Below are positions 52,240 through 64,000 of a stretch of 64,000 nt of DNA, in pieces. A program made the translations under genes and the position numbers. The stretch is from Amoebophrya sp. A120 (lineage: Eukaryota; Protista; Dinoflagellata). Numbering within the stretch: position 1 is the first letter of the stretch; the number at the start of each line of letters is the position of its first letter. The stretch spans positions 3,713,253-3,777,252 of the forward strand of contig CAJINV010000005.1 of the NCBI GenBank assembly GCA_905178155.1, given 5' to 3'. Below the pieces are notes generated by a model. It did not search any database and had not been told where the DNA came from. It saw only the letters and a program-made list of their open reading frames with translations.

Positions 52240-53315
52240 GTGAGGACGAGGAGCGTGTTGTGCCTTGCGGGGGCCTTCCGCTGGTGTGCGCCTCTTGTTG
52301 CAAGATTAGCGAAATATTTGGGTGTGTGTGCGTGTGAGCAGATTCTTCAAGAAGAGTCCAAGTTTGTTCTTCGCTTGATGTCTTTGTAGAGATATAAAAG
52401 TTCGAGTTGTGTCTCAAGACTTCTACGAGTAGAAAATCTGAGGCTTTTTCTCTGCGGTAGTTTCTCGTATTTCTATAACCCTTCTAATTTACTATGTTGT
52501 GTCAGATGAGCAGACGCATCACAGCTGTTGATTTGTTCGACGAGTTAATGTCTACGGGACCCTAAACCCTTGTCCGACACTTCTCATCTACATCATCGAT
52601 TCGTAATCGTATCATTTCATTGATTGATTGTGAATGTCTGCATCACCATTGGTATTTTTGGAATGGGGATCGCTTTCGTGGAGGCTGGTCAATGGAATGG
52701 GGATCGGTTTTGAGTGGGGGTGGAGTGTCAAGTACTCAGACTCTCGGTCTCATTTGCAGAGATTGCGTGACCCTTTACTTCTGACTGTGTTAGTGTTTCT
52801 CGCCCTTGTTGCAAAGCAGCTGTAACCAACGTTGACCATGACTTTTCTGATTCCGAATTTATTTTTTGCGTGAAGATGTCCCAGTGGCAACTGCGCACGC
52901 TGCTCATCTTCACTCTTGACAATTCTTTTTTTAAATCTTGCGAGAAAAAAAGTATCAGATTCAAAACCCCCCGCAAACAAATAATCATTATGACAGCCAT
53001 TCTTCAGGTGCAAAAGCGTTCATCTTAATAGTAGCGGCACAGCTAAGGGCGAATTATCAACTACATCAAGTCGCTTCTTGAACAACTGACATGATTCCCT
53101 TGACACTTTGGGTCTTCGTTCACCAAACAGATCTCCAAAAATTCAACGCGCCGAAACAACCATGTAGTCAGTTTTCAATTTCGCGGGGACGGTTGCAGTA
53201 CCGAGAACGACATCTATATCGCATCTTCCAGAAGCTTCCTCGTCTGTGTTTTGTTCTTCTCCTTTACTATAAAATCAATGCACCAGTGCAAGAAATATAT
53301 CATGAGGTTATCTTA

Positions 53316-56300
53316 TCACGACATAATTTTTTCCATTGACATCAGCACTCCGGGTATGTTGATTTCCTTTTTCCGTTCTTGTGCCATCACCTTCGCGGCT
53401 TCCCGGCACAATTGAGCCAGAGAGGTTGGGAGGTTGGATGTCACCAGGGCGGAGGTGGTTGTATCCTTTTTCGTGTTGACTTTGTCCTGAACCTGGTCCT
53501 CGGAGAAGAATTCGTCCGCATCAAAGTTTTCATCGTTGTGCAGCTTCGGAATGGAGACATGAAAGAATTCCAGTGCGGGAAACAGAATTTGTCGGTCATG
53601 GTCTCCATCTCCTAGTACTTGTTGACTATTGCCACTACCTCCGCCAAGAATCGTCCGCAAAAACATTCCAACCGCTTGAAAGCTCAAGACAGACTGGTCA
53701 AACTCCAAAATCCTTAGCTCTCCGGCGAATGGAGGTTCAGGGCGTGCCCTGCGGGTCTTCTTTTTCACGTCCTTCTTTTGTTTATTCGGTGCAGCTGGGG
53801 GTTGTATTCCAGCAGCGCTAGTACGACGACCCTTATCTTCGTTGGGCTGAAGTTTTACTACCTGCACAACCTCCTGACAGAGCCTTAGCAACGCTTCGCT
53901 CGTCAAAGACTCGTCGACGGCAAGATGTTCTAGTGTTTTGTGACTGTGCAAAATCGTCCGAATCAGCTTTGCGATCACTGCAGGCGAGAGGGTGCGACGC
54001 TGAGCTTGACTTTTACAGCTGCTTCTGGGCGAATCGATGTTGTGGAAATCTGTTTTCGTACCCGCAGCAGTTTGCTGCGCCAGCAGCTCTGCCTCGTCGT
54101 ATTGTCGCTTGTTTATCTTCCGCCCGCAGACAGTGCCGATAATCAGCTTTGGTGGTAGCTGGAATTGTGCTCGATCGGTGCGCAACAAATCGTGTCCTCC
54201 TCTCGTTTGCTGGTAGTTCCTAGCACTGGTCCCACCCGCTGCTCTAGTACTCCTCGTATTAATAGAACTTCCCTGTACTGCGCCCCGTCCCCGTCTTACA
54301 CTTACTCTTACTGTGGTTTTCACATGACCTTCACGACTCAACACAGACGGAAGAGGAGCTCCCACCTGCTGTTTCTTGCTTCCGAGAGTCATCAACATCG
54401 ACTTTTCCAACTCTGAACAGAAATCCTCCACCTGGCACTCGAACTCGAACACCAACTCAAGACACTTCAAGTTTTCTCCAAAAAGCGGGAGAATGACCTT
54501 CAACGTTTCCGCAATCGCGCCGTTTCCGGAAATGACCAGCCTTTCCAACGTGTCCGCGTGCGCGGCGCAAACGAACGCGAAACGTTCGAGACTATGCCAA
54601 CTACCCGGCTCCAAGACGGTGGCGTAGTGCAGTTCGGACAAGTTGGGTGCTTTTAGGTGTGCGAAGGTGGCATCGGAAATTCCGGTATCCGGTGGGAGGT
54701 GGTGGATCAGGTGTTGAACAAGTTCACGGTCGGAAGTTTTACGGTCTTGCTGTGCTAGGAATCGTCGTTTAATTGTTTTGACCGGTTTTGCAAAAGTTTG
54801 GTCTTGTTGTCGTTGTGGATTCGGTGTCGTTTCGGTACTATTGTCCATTGCTTCTTGTAGTAGTTTTTCTTCTTCATCTGCTCCAGAAATATTCACCACA
54901 GCCAGCTGCTGTCTCAGCTCCATCGGGACGTAGTCGTGTTTCTTTATCGCGTCTCCAAAAACCGATATTTTCCAATTATCGTATGATGTTGACGATTTTT
55001 CGCAAGAGCTGCTGCATTTCTTGTTGAGATCAACATTTTCTCGTCGAAAATTTGCGGTCGTTTCCCGATGATCGTTCGTCCCGATGTAGATGAAGTCTAA
55101 GTCATCTCCTCCACCGCCTGCCCCTTGGTATTCCGCTGCTTCCAAACTCATTTGCTTCATCTGGCGCAGTTCACACGCTTGCATCGCAGCAACGACTTTC
55201 GCGACCCTCTCCTGAAAGAGCACGACTGGGGTTGTAGTAGGAGAGGTCCCGCCTTTCGTAGATTTACTTTTGTTCTCGTCCAAACACTTCGTCACGAGCG
55301 AGTCCAGAGCGTCCACGTTGCGCTCCAGAGAGGACAGCGTCGTTGGATTGTGATAAAGATGAAGCTCCTCGTCTTCGTCTTCGGTGATTCCAACCCGCTT
55401 TACTTCCGGTGGTCTGTGATCTCCATTACTATCGTCCCCTTCCAGCAAGTCCTCTGCCCGGAAGAACTCCGCATCCGTCGCGGAACTGCCGTTCACTATC
55501 GCCTCATGCAACCGCTCCGCTTGATCGCAAAGCCGCCGCCGCTTGTCGACTTGTTCCCGAAGGTTATCTAGTCGCTCTGGCTTGCTGGAGTGGCAGACGA
55601 ACGATTGCGTGTGTGACGAGAAGTCGCTCTTGATCCTCTTTTCGCGGCTTCCGATGACGTCTCCACCCAAAATCTGTTTCGCGTTTTTTTGGTCCTGCTG
55701 TTTGACAACTTTTAAAACCGGCCCGCCTGGTCGTGCAAATCCTGATGATGCGACGGGCACTTCATCTCCTGGCGCATCAACACCTCCCGGTGGTGAAGAT
55801 GATCCACGTAGTAGAACATCAAGCCGAAGCTCTTCCATCTCCTCTTGCAGCACCAACTTTTCATCCTCGAGCAGAATAGCCGCTTTTGCCTCGTCAAGCT
55901 TCTTCTGCAATTTCGCGCCCACGGCCGCGACGACGGTGTCTACTTTAATATTCGTCACACTGTTCAGGGAGGAGACTGTGCTTGCGCGGCGTCTGGTTAA
56001 TGTGGGCGCGAAGGGGTAGGCTTTTTGGGGAGGGCCTCCACCTCCTCCTGCAGCTGCGGTATGTGTATGTGTGTGTCTTCCACCACACGAAGCTACGGCG
56101 GAACCGGAAGTAGAAGTAGGGGCATCTTCACGATTTACAGTAATGTTAGACGTCGCACCGTATTGACTGGCAGCTGACCACAGCAAGTGCCGGATCTGTT
56201 CGCGGTCTGGCACGCCCGGAACCGAGAAAAATCCAGCTCCTCCACCAGTACCACCGTTGGTCTTGTAGTTTTCATCTTGTTCCTGCCGTTGTTCTCCTGC

Positions 56301-58433
56301 TGTTGCGGTTATTTCCTTCTGCGATGCGGCCTCGACCGTACTGGTCGCTCTATTTCCGCTTTTTGGAGGCATCCCCGGGCGAAAAGCAGAAGTAGCCCCT
56401 GCCGTCAAGGTTGACGTTGTATCACACTTTTTGATCGTGATGTCTCGCAAAGCGGCCTCCGGGCCCAGGGTGGCAAGGGAAGTTGCGATTCTTTTGCACC
56501 ACAGGAAATTCTGGTGCTCGGAATGATTTAGTTTCCCTCGGCTTAAAGCGGATCCATCATGCGTTGCGGACGCAGGATCGTCTCCTGCTTCGCAGCCCAG
56601 CACAATCCGAATCTTGTAGGAGAGCGGAGCTTCAGCTTGTTCACTACCGCAACTCATCTCTGCGGAAGCAGAAAAAGAGCCTCCGTGTTGTTGATCCGCT
56701 AACAACCCCAGAGATCGCCTTGAGGAGCGGGCACTTGCCAGGGCGTAGCTCGCTGTGAAATCCAAATCTGCTTTATTGGAAGATCCCGCCGCTGCACCAA
56801 CTCCAGCAACATCGGCACTCGAAGAGGCTGGCGAGGAGGAAGAACTTGAAAAATTTCCTGCCACGCGCTGCCCGATTGTGCTGTTGTTCCGGTGCGACAC
56901 GTGCTGCTCGTTGGTCAGCAGAAGTGTCTCGGCGATGAAGTGGTTGAGTTCTGTCTTCCTTTTCACATGAGCGGATATCGAAGAAAAGGAGGAGGTAGTA
57001 GAGGGAGCCGCAGCTTTTGATGTTCTCCCCTGTACTAGATGACCGGTCCTATTTGTTCTTCCAGCACAATCTCCGCCTGCGAGCTCGGAAAGCAGCGCTT
57101 GCAGGTGCGGGTCTGATTGGAAATCGTTTTTCCTACCATTCAGGAACAAACAGGTCAGCACGCCAGTCTTCCGGTTCGTCACTTGAACTTGTGGCCCTGG
57201 TGCAGCTCCCGGGTGTAGTTCTTCTTGCTGTGCGTCCCTCTGCCGGGATCTCGCGGAGTCCGGTTCATCTCGCAGAGGCTGAGCTTGTTGATGTTGCCCC
57301 GTCGGTGCCCGATTTGATGAATTGCCCACAGGAAGAGTAGTAGCGACAACGCCTGAGGAGTCCTCACTAGTGACGAAGACTCGCAAAGCGATTGCACTGT
57401 AGAAATTATCGCTGCTAGTACCGGTAAATTCGTCGTTCTCGTTTTCATTCGTTGAAGCTACAGCTTTATCCAAAATGATCCTCGGCAAAACCGCCTCCAA
57501 GAATTCCTCTCTTCTGTGTACCGCGACCCGTTTCCGCGGCAAAGCTTTGCCTTTCCACAGCCCGGAGTGCACATCGGTGAAGGATTCTGGGTAGGATCCG
57601 CGAAGCAAGTCGTCCAGTTGCGCGCCCTGCTGGCTGTGATGAGCGGCGGCAGGCGCAGAAGCAGTCCTGCCGGATGTCGAAGTCCTGCTTGCCGTTCCAT
57701 TTCCAGTCGCGGTTGTACTAGTGCCCATGCCTACTTCATCCTTCAGTCCTTGACAGCTGATTTCAATGTGCGGTAGCGGTTGAAAGGGTGCAGGTGCAGC
57801 AGACGCACCTCCAGGCGCTTCTGTCTGTTCCGAGGGCCCGAGTTGATGAAAGGCCGACACTGAGGCGGCACTCGTGCTACTACTTGAACATCGCCCTCGC
57901 CCACATGCAGCTGCTCCGTCTATTGGTCTGTTCGCCGGGAAAAGCGCTGCGGCTAATCCACCGAGAAAATTCGCCCGCCAATCCCCGCTTTTGCCGGATA
58001 GTGCGGCGATGTAGGGGTTTGAATTTGCGGTGTAGGACAAACGACCTGCAATTTGATGACCATTAGAAGGCATATTGCAGAAGAAGATCGTTTCTCTTCC
58101 CCCGGTCTGCAACCGCCTGATCAAGCTACTAAACAACCGCTGCCGCGTCCAATACGTCGCTAGTTCGGCGGGTGCGTAGGTCCGAAGTAAGGCGTTGCTA
58201 GGAGGACGAGGAGCGCTGTCGTCACCTGCTTCTTTGCTGGCATTCGGATTTTCGCTGCCGGTCCTTGTTGAGACAGTAGGGCCAGCGGTAGGAGTTGCTC
58301 TTGCAGCAGCTCCACCCGCGGGAGAGCAGAAATGCGCTTCCACATCGGTCTCGCATCGCAGACGGTTGCTTTCCTGCAGCTGCCGGGGACCAGAAAACGT
58401 CCCGCCGAGTGAGCTGCGGTGGCTGGTATTCAT
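53316..58433 (-). CDS. 1705-aa intronless hypothetical protein (low complexity, central coiled coil, weak LRR-like C-terminal part)
   Basis: 5.1-kb uninterrupted ORF on the gene strand; no confident domain. Confidence 0.8.
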   Translation of the reverse strand: MNTSHRSSLGGTFSGPRQLQESNRLRCETDVEAHFCSPAGGAAARATPTAGPTVSTRTGSENPNASKEAGDDSAPRPPSNALLRTYAPAELATYWTRQRLFSSLIRRLQTGGRETIFFCNMPSNGHQIAGRLSYTANSNPYIAALSGKSGDWRANFLGGLAAALFPANRPIDGAAACGRGRCSSSSTSAASVSAFHQLGPSEQTEAPGGASAAPAPFQPLPHIEISCQGLKDEVGMGTSTTATGNGTASRTSTSGRTASAPAAAHHSQQGAQLDDLLRGSYPESFTDVHSGLWKGKALPRKRVAVHRREEFLEAVLPRIILDKAVASTNENENDEFTGTSSDNFYSAIALRVFVTSEDSSGVVATTLPVGNSSNRAPTGQHQQAQPLRDEPDSARSRQRDAQQEELHPGAAPGPQVQVTNRKTGVLTCLFLNGRKNDFQSDPHLQALLSELAGGDCAGRTNRTGHLVQGRTSKAAAPSTTSSFSSISAHVKRKTELNHFIAETLLLTNEQHVSHRNNSTIGQRVAGNFSSSSSSPASSSADVAGVGAAAGSSNKADLDFTASYALASARSSRRSLGLLADQQHGGSFSASAEMSCGSEQAEAPLSYKIRIVLGCEAGDDPASATHDGSALSRGKLNHSEHQNFLWCKRIATSLATLGPEAALRDITIKKCDTTSTLTAGATSAFRPGMPPKSGNRATSTVEAASQKEITATAGEQRQEQDENYKTNGGTGGGAGFFSVPGVPDREQIRHLLWSAASQYGATSNITVNREDAPTSTSGSAVASCGGRHTHTHTAAAGGGGGPPQKAYPFAPTLTRRRASTVSSLNSVTNIKVDTVVAAVGAKLQKKLDEAKAAILLEDEKLVLQEEMEELRLDVLLRGSSSPPGGVDAPGDEVPVASSGFARPGGPVLKVVKQQDQKNAKQILGGDVIGSREKRIKSDFSSHTQSFVCHSSKPERLDNLREQVDKRRRLCDQAERLHEAIVNGSSATDAEFFRAEDLLEGDDSNGDHRPPEVKRVGITEDEDEELHLYHNPTTLSSLERNVDALDSLVTKCLDENKSKSTKGGTSPTTTPVVLFQERVAKVVAAMQACELRQMKQMSLEAAEYQGAGGGGDDLDFIYIGTNDHRETTANFRRENVDLNKKCSSSCEKSSTSYDNWKISVFGDAIKKHDYVPMELRQQLAVVNISGADEEEKLLQEAMDNSTETTPNPQRQQDQTFAKPVKTIKRRFLAQQDRKTSDRELVQHLIHHLPPDTGISDATFAHLKAPNLSELHYATVLEPGSWHSLERFAFVCAAHADTLERLVISGNGAIAETLKVILPLFGENLKCLELVFEFECQVEDFCSELEKSMLMTLGSKKQQVGAPLPSVLSREGHVKTTVRVSVRRGRGAVQGSSINTRSTRAAGGTSARNYQQTRGGHDLLRTDRAQFQLPPKLIIGTVCGRKINKRQYDEAELLAQQTAAGTKTDFHNIDSPRSSCKSQAQRRTLSPAVIAKLIRTILHSHKTLEHLAVDESLTSEALLRLCQEVVQVVKLQPNEDKGRRTSAAGIQPPAAPNKQKKDVKKKTRRARPEPPFAGELRILEFDQSVLSFQAVGMFLRTILGGGSGNSQQVLGDGDHDRQILFPALEFFHVSIPKLHNDENFDADEFFSEDQVQDKVNTKKDTTTSALVTSNLPTSLAQLCREAAKVMAQERKKEINIPGVLMSMEKIMS

Positions 58434-59911
58434 TCTGACAGACCTGACTGCAACGGAATCGAAAGTTTGTGATTTGAATGTTTTTCAACGAAAACCAAGG
58501 AATATGGAGTAGAAACCTGACCTGCTCTTTCTTCTATTCGGTTGCTGCAGCGAAAATGGCGGTAAAAAACCCTCGAACAGGTCCACGCTCATGTCAATGA
58601 GGAAAAGAAATCAATAAAAACGCCCCGACCGCTGCACCAAACCTCAAAAAAGCAATTTGGGGTATTTGCGAGTATCAAAATTCCTCGGTGCACCAGCACC
58701 AGAATATCTCTCAAAGAGAAACTCAATTTGCTTGTTTCCGCTCAACAACGTACTTGTTGCGTGCCCAAATCTAGGATGCCCTCGTGTTGCGCCCTCACCA
58801 ACAAGAGCAGCCGCTCTTTTTCGGCTCGAGGATAAATGATGAAACCATCAGTCATGCAGGGCCGGAAAGAACTTCAGAATAGCTCTGCCGTATCAGCAGT
58901 GGCAGTGCGGGAATCTTTTTCCTCGAATGCAGCGACCTGTCAGACTGGATAACTTTTATGTAAAAAGATAGAAGAAAACGATAACTACAAATCCGCTTCT
59001 ACCCCCTTCCAAACAAAGGCATTGGGAAGCAAAGGATGAGCTGAAGCATATATAACAGGCAGAAGTTGTCTTCCACGTCTGTGAAAAAATTCTATGCTAC
59101 ATGATCATGCTTGGCACAGTCTGCAGTAGTTGCGAGCGACGTTGCACTGGCCGCAGACAAAGACATGCGCCGAAGTTATAGCAAAACCCATCCGCGCCAG
59201 AAGGTCACGGAAGCTGCTCGCCCTTTCGCTCCACGCTCAGCAACAGATCTGCACGCCACTCATCAAGGTCCCCCGAGAAACGCGAAGCAAGCTGCCACAT
59301 AAATTGTATAATTGAGAACGCGCCTCGATCGTTGTCGCTTCGTGCACGGGGGTGCACCAGATTGGAGGACACAGGTCCGCCGTAAAGTCGCTTTGATGGT
59401 TCTCTCTGGCAGTAATATGATCTTATTCCGAAAGTGGCATACGTTGGTGGTAGTTGCCTGCGTTCACAGGTTCATAAGGATGCTCTTTCACAGGAGCGAG
59501 GCAATGTCTGTGTGCGTACTTTGGTGCGCCCTCGACTTACATATAATCATACAATCCGACCTACAGTCGTGCAATCCTTTGGCGTACCCAGAAAATACTT
59601 AATCACACAGTCCTACACTCTAACAGGTAAAGATTGATTTGAAAACTAGCTCTGGCAGCAACTACGAGATCGACCACAATTCTAGCGAAAGCGTAACATC
59701 ATCTCGAAAGATGATAGTAGATAAGCGACGATTTTCACAGAATTCGAAGGACAAAGATGAGCAGAAGCATTTCAAGCAGGCAGAACCAGAATTCTATAGC
59801 ACTGCTGTGATGTCTGTCCTCTGGCAATAAATTCTACACCACGAAATCATTATCGATCGCAGCTGTGCAGTAGATTTTCTCACACACGCAGGAGCACGGC
59901 TACTGGGTTCT

Positions 59912-60619
59912 TCAGGGATTAGAATACATGTAGTGTTGCGTTGGAGCTTGCGCCGGATACACGGCATCACGCGCCAGCGCTGTACAGCACTTATCATATG
60001 CGTCCTCGCACGACCCAATCGCACAACCTGCGCAACAACCACCCCCGCAACATACTGAAATAATTCCCCCGACCCCAGCACCCGGACAACCGCCAAAGAC
60101 GTACCCAGTGCCGGCACCGATCGCCAAACAACCGGCACCAGCGCCCGTCCAACAGGCTCCCTCACGGCAGCTCTTTCCCGCTTCCTCGGCCGCCAAAGGA
60201 CGCTGGTCAATACCGTCCGCCCTGTCAGTGGCGGGTTTACAGTAAGGGCAGCAGCCGGCGCCAAAACGCTGCAGTAGGACTGTGCGAGGCAGACGGCCGT
60301 CCCCGGCTCCGGTCGGTCGAGAAACAGCAGCAGGGGAGCCGGCAGCTGCTTGACCACCACCAGCAGCAGCAGCAGGGGCACCAGCAGCAGCAGGGGCGCC
60401 AGCAGCAGCAGCAGGGGCACCAGTAGCAGCGGCAGCAGCCGGGTCAGCAGCAGGGGGGTTCAGCAGCGGTAGCGGTAGTTCACGCGCTCCGTTAGGAAGT
60501 CCGACGGTCAGATGCAGTCCCTGCACGTGCACCACGCCCGTAGAAGTCATCAGGCAGAAGTGCTGCACAACAAAGTGCAGAGAGGAGAGAACGGCGAAAA
60601 CCGTACGTAGGGACGTCAT
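59912..60619 (-). CDS. Putative secreted or surface protein with an Ala-rich GAPAAA repeat linker and a Cys/Gly-rich C-terminus
   Basis: Hydrophobic N-terminus, tandem GAPAAA(A) units, many Cys residues. Confidence 0.6.
   Translation of the reverse strand: MTSLRTVFAVLSSLHFVVQHFCLMTSTGVVHVQGLHLTVGLPNGARELPLPLLNPPAADPAAAAATGAPAAAAGAPAAAGAPAAAAGGGQAAAGSPAAVSRPTGAGDGRLPRTVLLQRFGAGCCPYCKPATDRADGIDQRPLAAEEAGKSCREGACWTGAGAGCLAIGAGTGYVFGGCPGAGVGGIISVCCGGGCCAGCAIGSCEDAYDKCCTALARDAVYPAQAPTQHYMYSNP
60360..60453. repeat. Coding minisatellite (CAG)n-GGGCRC units
   Basis: cagcagcagcagcaggggcac-type units repeated about three times, encoding GAPAAA. Confidence 0.8.
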
Positions 60620-61243
60620 GGTGATCAAGGAGAGATGGCTGAGTGAGTAACTGGTTGCAAAAAAGCTGCTGTAGTGATGTTGCTTCGATGTAGTGTACGT
60701 AGTACTTTTTGCGATCCTCGAGTATTAAAGTGCTCAACTAGAGCGATGTGGGCTAGTTGTAGACTGTAGACAGATGCTCGTATTGTAAACGCAAAGCCGG
60801 TTGATGGTTTGCAAAAACACAACTCCAACAATAAAGATTCTTCTTGATCATCCATCCCAGGATCCATTTTTACTAGTGCTAGAGCGTCCGCGATCTTGTT
60901 CGTGTTCTCTACATTTGTCATTTCCACGAGTCGAGCGACGCTGGTCAAACCGATTCTTGGCACTGAATACCGCTCCTTTACTAGATCAGAACAAAAATTT
61001 GGAAAAGAAACCTTTTTGCTCAGATGCTGCAAGACCGAATTTTGCAGCTTGATCTGGATCAAAAAATCTTCTGGGACTACTTTTCACGAGAGGATCCATC
61101 TCTTTTATGCTGCACGACCTGGCTTTTGAGCTTGATCTACGTCATGGTCGAGGAACGGCACACGTATACTTTTTTTCGTACGACCAAAGGATAAGGATCG
61201 CACATCTTCTACAATCAGATAATAATAGCTGCACCAAGAATCC

Positions 61244-64000
61244 TCACACGTGGCCCAACTCCCCCTCGCTCTCGTCCGCCGGAAAGTCGTCTGTAACCGC
61301 CGGCAGCCACGTGATTGGGTGGTGCCCGATTCTTCCGAGCAACCCAAAGTTGCAGAACAACGCACGGACCCCGGCGGGAAGTTGATAATGGTGTTCCGTT
61401 TTTGGGCGTTTGTGGGCGGAGGAACCGCCGTCTTCCGAGACGTTTCGACCGCACGAGCCCCGTGGCGCGCCCACCTGCATCCCCAGTGCCATTGCCAGCG
61501 CACGCCACAGCAGCTGCTCCTGCTGCCCTGTAAGTTTCTGCGAAGGAAAAAGCGGTCCGCCTTCATCGAGTCGCAAAAATTCCGGGTCCGACATATGGCC
61601 TACTCAGCTGGAGAGACCATCGTCAAGTGGAACGATGTTGTAAACCGGTCAGAATTACTCTACTAACTTCTTCTTCATACATATGAAACGGAAGAACGCA
61701 AATAAACCATATTGCTCCAACTTCTGCATCGAAAAATTGAACGAACTTCAAAGCGGTGCTAAATATCATATTAGATATTGTACTGTTGAGCTGATGTGCA
61801 ACTAAGACTATAGGCAGATGCAGATCATCGGCATTCTGCATCACAAAACGTTCCATTTGAGATTGTTATCCAACCGAGCATGTGATACGCCAGCAGCTTC
61901 TCCTCTGTTTGCCAGCCCACCAAGTTCACTTGCCTGCTCAAGGCATCGGTACTCGCACTGGTGTGCAAAGAATTCGCCTTCGTGAGGTCGAAGCCCGCAC
62001 GTTCCGCGATCCTCTTCATGTCCTCACCCCACCTGAGGGACGAACCCACGGCGCCCGCAGCGTGAAAGACTAGCGAGTTCTTGTTTGGGTACAGAGCTTG
62101 GAGCAGTTCGTTCAGAAACAACACCTCGTCATCCCAGCTCAGCAGCACCATCATGCTTTCCATGCACATTTGCGCCCGCTCGAGACTCTGCTCTGCTGGA
62201 AGCACCTCTACACCAGCGCCGTCGTTCTCGTTGGCACCATCATGCATGTACGGGTGGTAGCCCGCGCACTTCTCCGTGTAGGCGTTTCCCCACCCGCACG
62301 CACACAACGCCTGCGTGAGCGGTAGTTCATTGTAGTCCTTGGGACTGTCTACGACGTGGCTCTCGTTCTTTTTCACGAAGAACTCCGGCACTTCAACTTC
62401 GTCGAGGCATTTCTGTCCCCACCGGAGAAACACGGCTCGGAATCCCTCCATGCCGCCCGCCAGGTGGTAGTAACCCCGGCCGCGGGCGTGCTGCGGGTAG
62501 CTCGTGCCTTCATCCAGGTGTCGAGCCTCACAGGGCGGCAAGGCTTCTTTTTGAAGATGCGAGTTGTCTTCACCAGAGTCTGCAATTGGCTCCGAAGATG
62601 TTGAAGAAGAAGTGGAACTAGAGGAACCCGAATTTTTTCCAGGAGGACCAGCTGCATTTTTCCCATTCCGGCCTGTGTGGACATGACAGACGCTGTCCTT
62701 GTCCGCGTTCGCCAGGAAGCTCGCGTAGACAACCGAAAGCGTGACTTCTTCTTGTTTGAAATAAGCTACATCGTTGCTATGATGTTGCGACTGGGTCGGC
62801 GAGAAGAAGTTCACTTGCCTGTCCGCTTCCTCCGCTACCGGACCCCGGAGAAACGCGGTGGCGCTCGTTTCGGTGGCGCCGCACCGAATGTTGCTGCTCG
62901 ACAAAGGGTGCAGCTCGATCAATGTTCGCACCGCGTCGTCGATAGATTCCGCGTGCCGCACAGAATGACAGGCGCGGGCACTGCCAGTAGCTGGCTTGTC
63001 GTTCTTGAGGCTGGAGGACTCCGCCGCCCACACCTGGTGCCAGTTGTCACACACCCGCAGCAGGTTCTGGAAGGGTGGGAAATCTTGCAGCGTTTGCTTT
63101 ACAGTGCTTGAGGCGCCCCCTTCCTCGTCGTTGTAAACTGTGTCGTTCATAATTTGCGGTATCGCGAAGGCAATCTGCGCGCTCGCGCCGCCCATGGAAA
63201 ACATGTTGTGTTCCTGAATGGCGATGGCCTCCAGCTTGGCTTCCTCCCATCCGTGCAAAACGCGCATGTGGTGCGACCGCTGCAGCGTCGGCCCACGGTT
63301 CCCGTACGTGTTCAACGAGAAAACGGCCTGCTCAAATCTTTTCAAAATTTCGTTCGGCTCGTCCGCTCGGAGGCGCGCGCCAGCGGTTGCGTAGCCGAAA
63401 ACTTTCACTGGGAAAGCGCCCGTCTTCACGGATTCTTCGGAAAAGTTGGTGTCGTTGGCGACACGAATGCGACTTGCTAAGTCGAAAACGAGAGACTTGG
63501 CGGCGAGTTTGCAGGGGTTGGTCGTTTTTTGCTCTGATGTTTCTTGTTCATCATCTCCATCGTCGGTCGAAGATGACAGTTGTGTCGGCGCACGACCACA
63601 CGCGACTAAAATGTCGTCGACTTCTGTCGCGCAGCCGGCGCCAGGAACAAATTCCAAGGTGTTTGGCTTAATGAAAGATGGTAACAGCTGCAGCACCGTC
63701 GTTCTCGTATAATTATCCCGCTCTTGTCCTACTTCTACTACTCCAATAGGATGATCCTCGCTAGTACTCCGGCGGCACCGCTGCAGCACCTTCGCTCGAG
63801 TCCCGGAGCTGCCGATGTCCAGTCCGATCCACAGTTGGAGCATCGGGCAATTGCCGGCGTCAACTGTGCAGGTTCTTGGGCGAGGATCGTGGTTTTGTTC
63901 TTCGGAAGTTGAATTTATTTTCCCATCACTGTAGTTATCATCGTCGGCGGTCGAGGTAGTTGTAGCTTGATGCGCCCCAACAGACGCGTCCTCCTGTTTC
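61244..64000 (-). CDS. GDA1/CD39 family nucleoside phosphatase (apyrase/NTPDase), 5'-partial; 3' exon structure uncertain
   Basis: Apyrase conserved regions LDIGSSGTR (ACR1), YATAGAR (ACR2), LHGWEEA (ACR3), MGGASAQI (ACR4); the frame is open to the window end. Confidence 0.82.
61618..61864. mobile_element. IR-bounded AT-rich segment, probable degenerate introner
   Basis: IR ATCGTCAAGTGGAACG / CGTTCCATTTGAGAT; typical size; GCATCACAAA motif variant; no clean in-frame junction found. Confidence 0.5.

Noticed and set aside
52556-52572. Telomere-like CCCTAAACCCT, also degenerate at ~48131-48155
   Set aside because: Fewer than two units; expected by chance.
53316-58433. Kinesin motor similarity in the N-terminus
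   Set aside because: No P-loop, SSRSH or DLAGSE motifs.

Overview
Gene-dense eukaryotic DNA, not prokaryotic. About 15 intron-containing or single-exon genes all lie on the minus strand, so most '+' ORFs in the track are antisense shadows. Recognisable products are tubulin polyglutamylase TTLL1, an SPCS2-like signal peptidase subunit, a TMEM42-like protein, a CAP(SCP)+LIM protein, a GDXG/HSL alpha/beta-hydrolase, a GDA1/CD39 NTPDase, an EF-hand protein, an LRR protein and a >3,800-aa low-complexity protein with an ALMT/FUSC-like membrane module. The main signal is at least 14 short (160-325 bp) non-coding elements inserted in coding sequence. Most start TAT and end ATA, have terminal inverted repeats (TIRs), are flanked by a perfect-to-degenerate 5-bp direct repeat, and carry an internal GCATGACA motif. 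Removing the element plus one 5-bp copy restores the reading frame and conserved motifs, usually with no GT-AG option. One family occurs in both orientations, one copy hides in-frame inside an ORF, and one hosts a nested ~735-bp Helitron2/Helentron-like element. The architecture suggests a Syndiniales dinoflagellate such as Amoebophrya (inference), where non-canonical 'introner' introns are known in general terms. All splice junctions are predicted by hand, with no transcript evidence.
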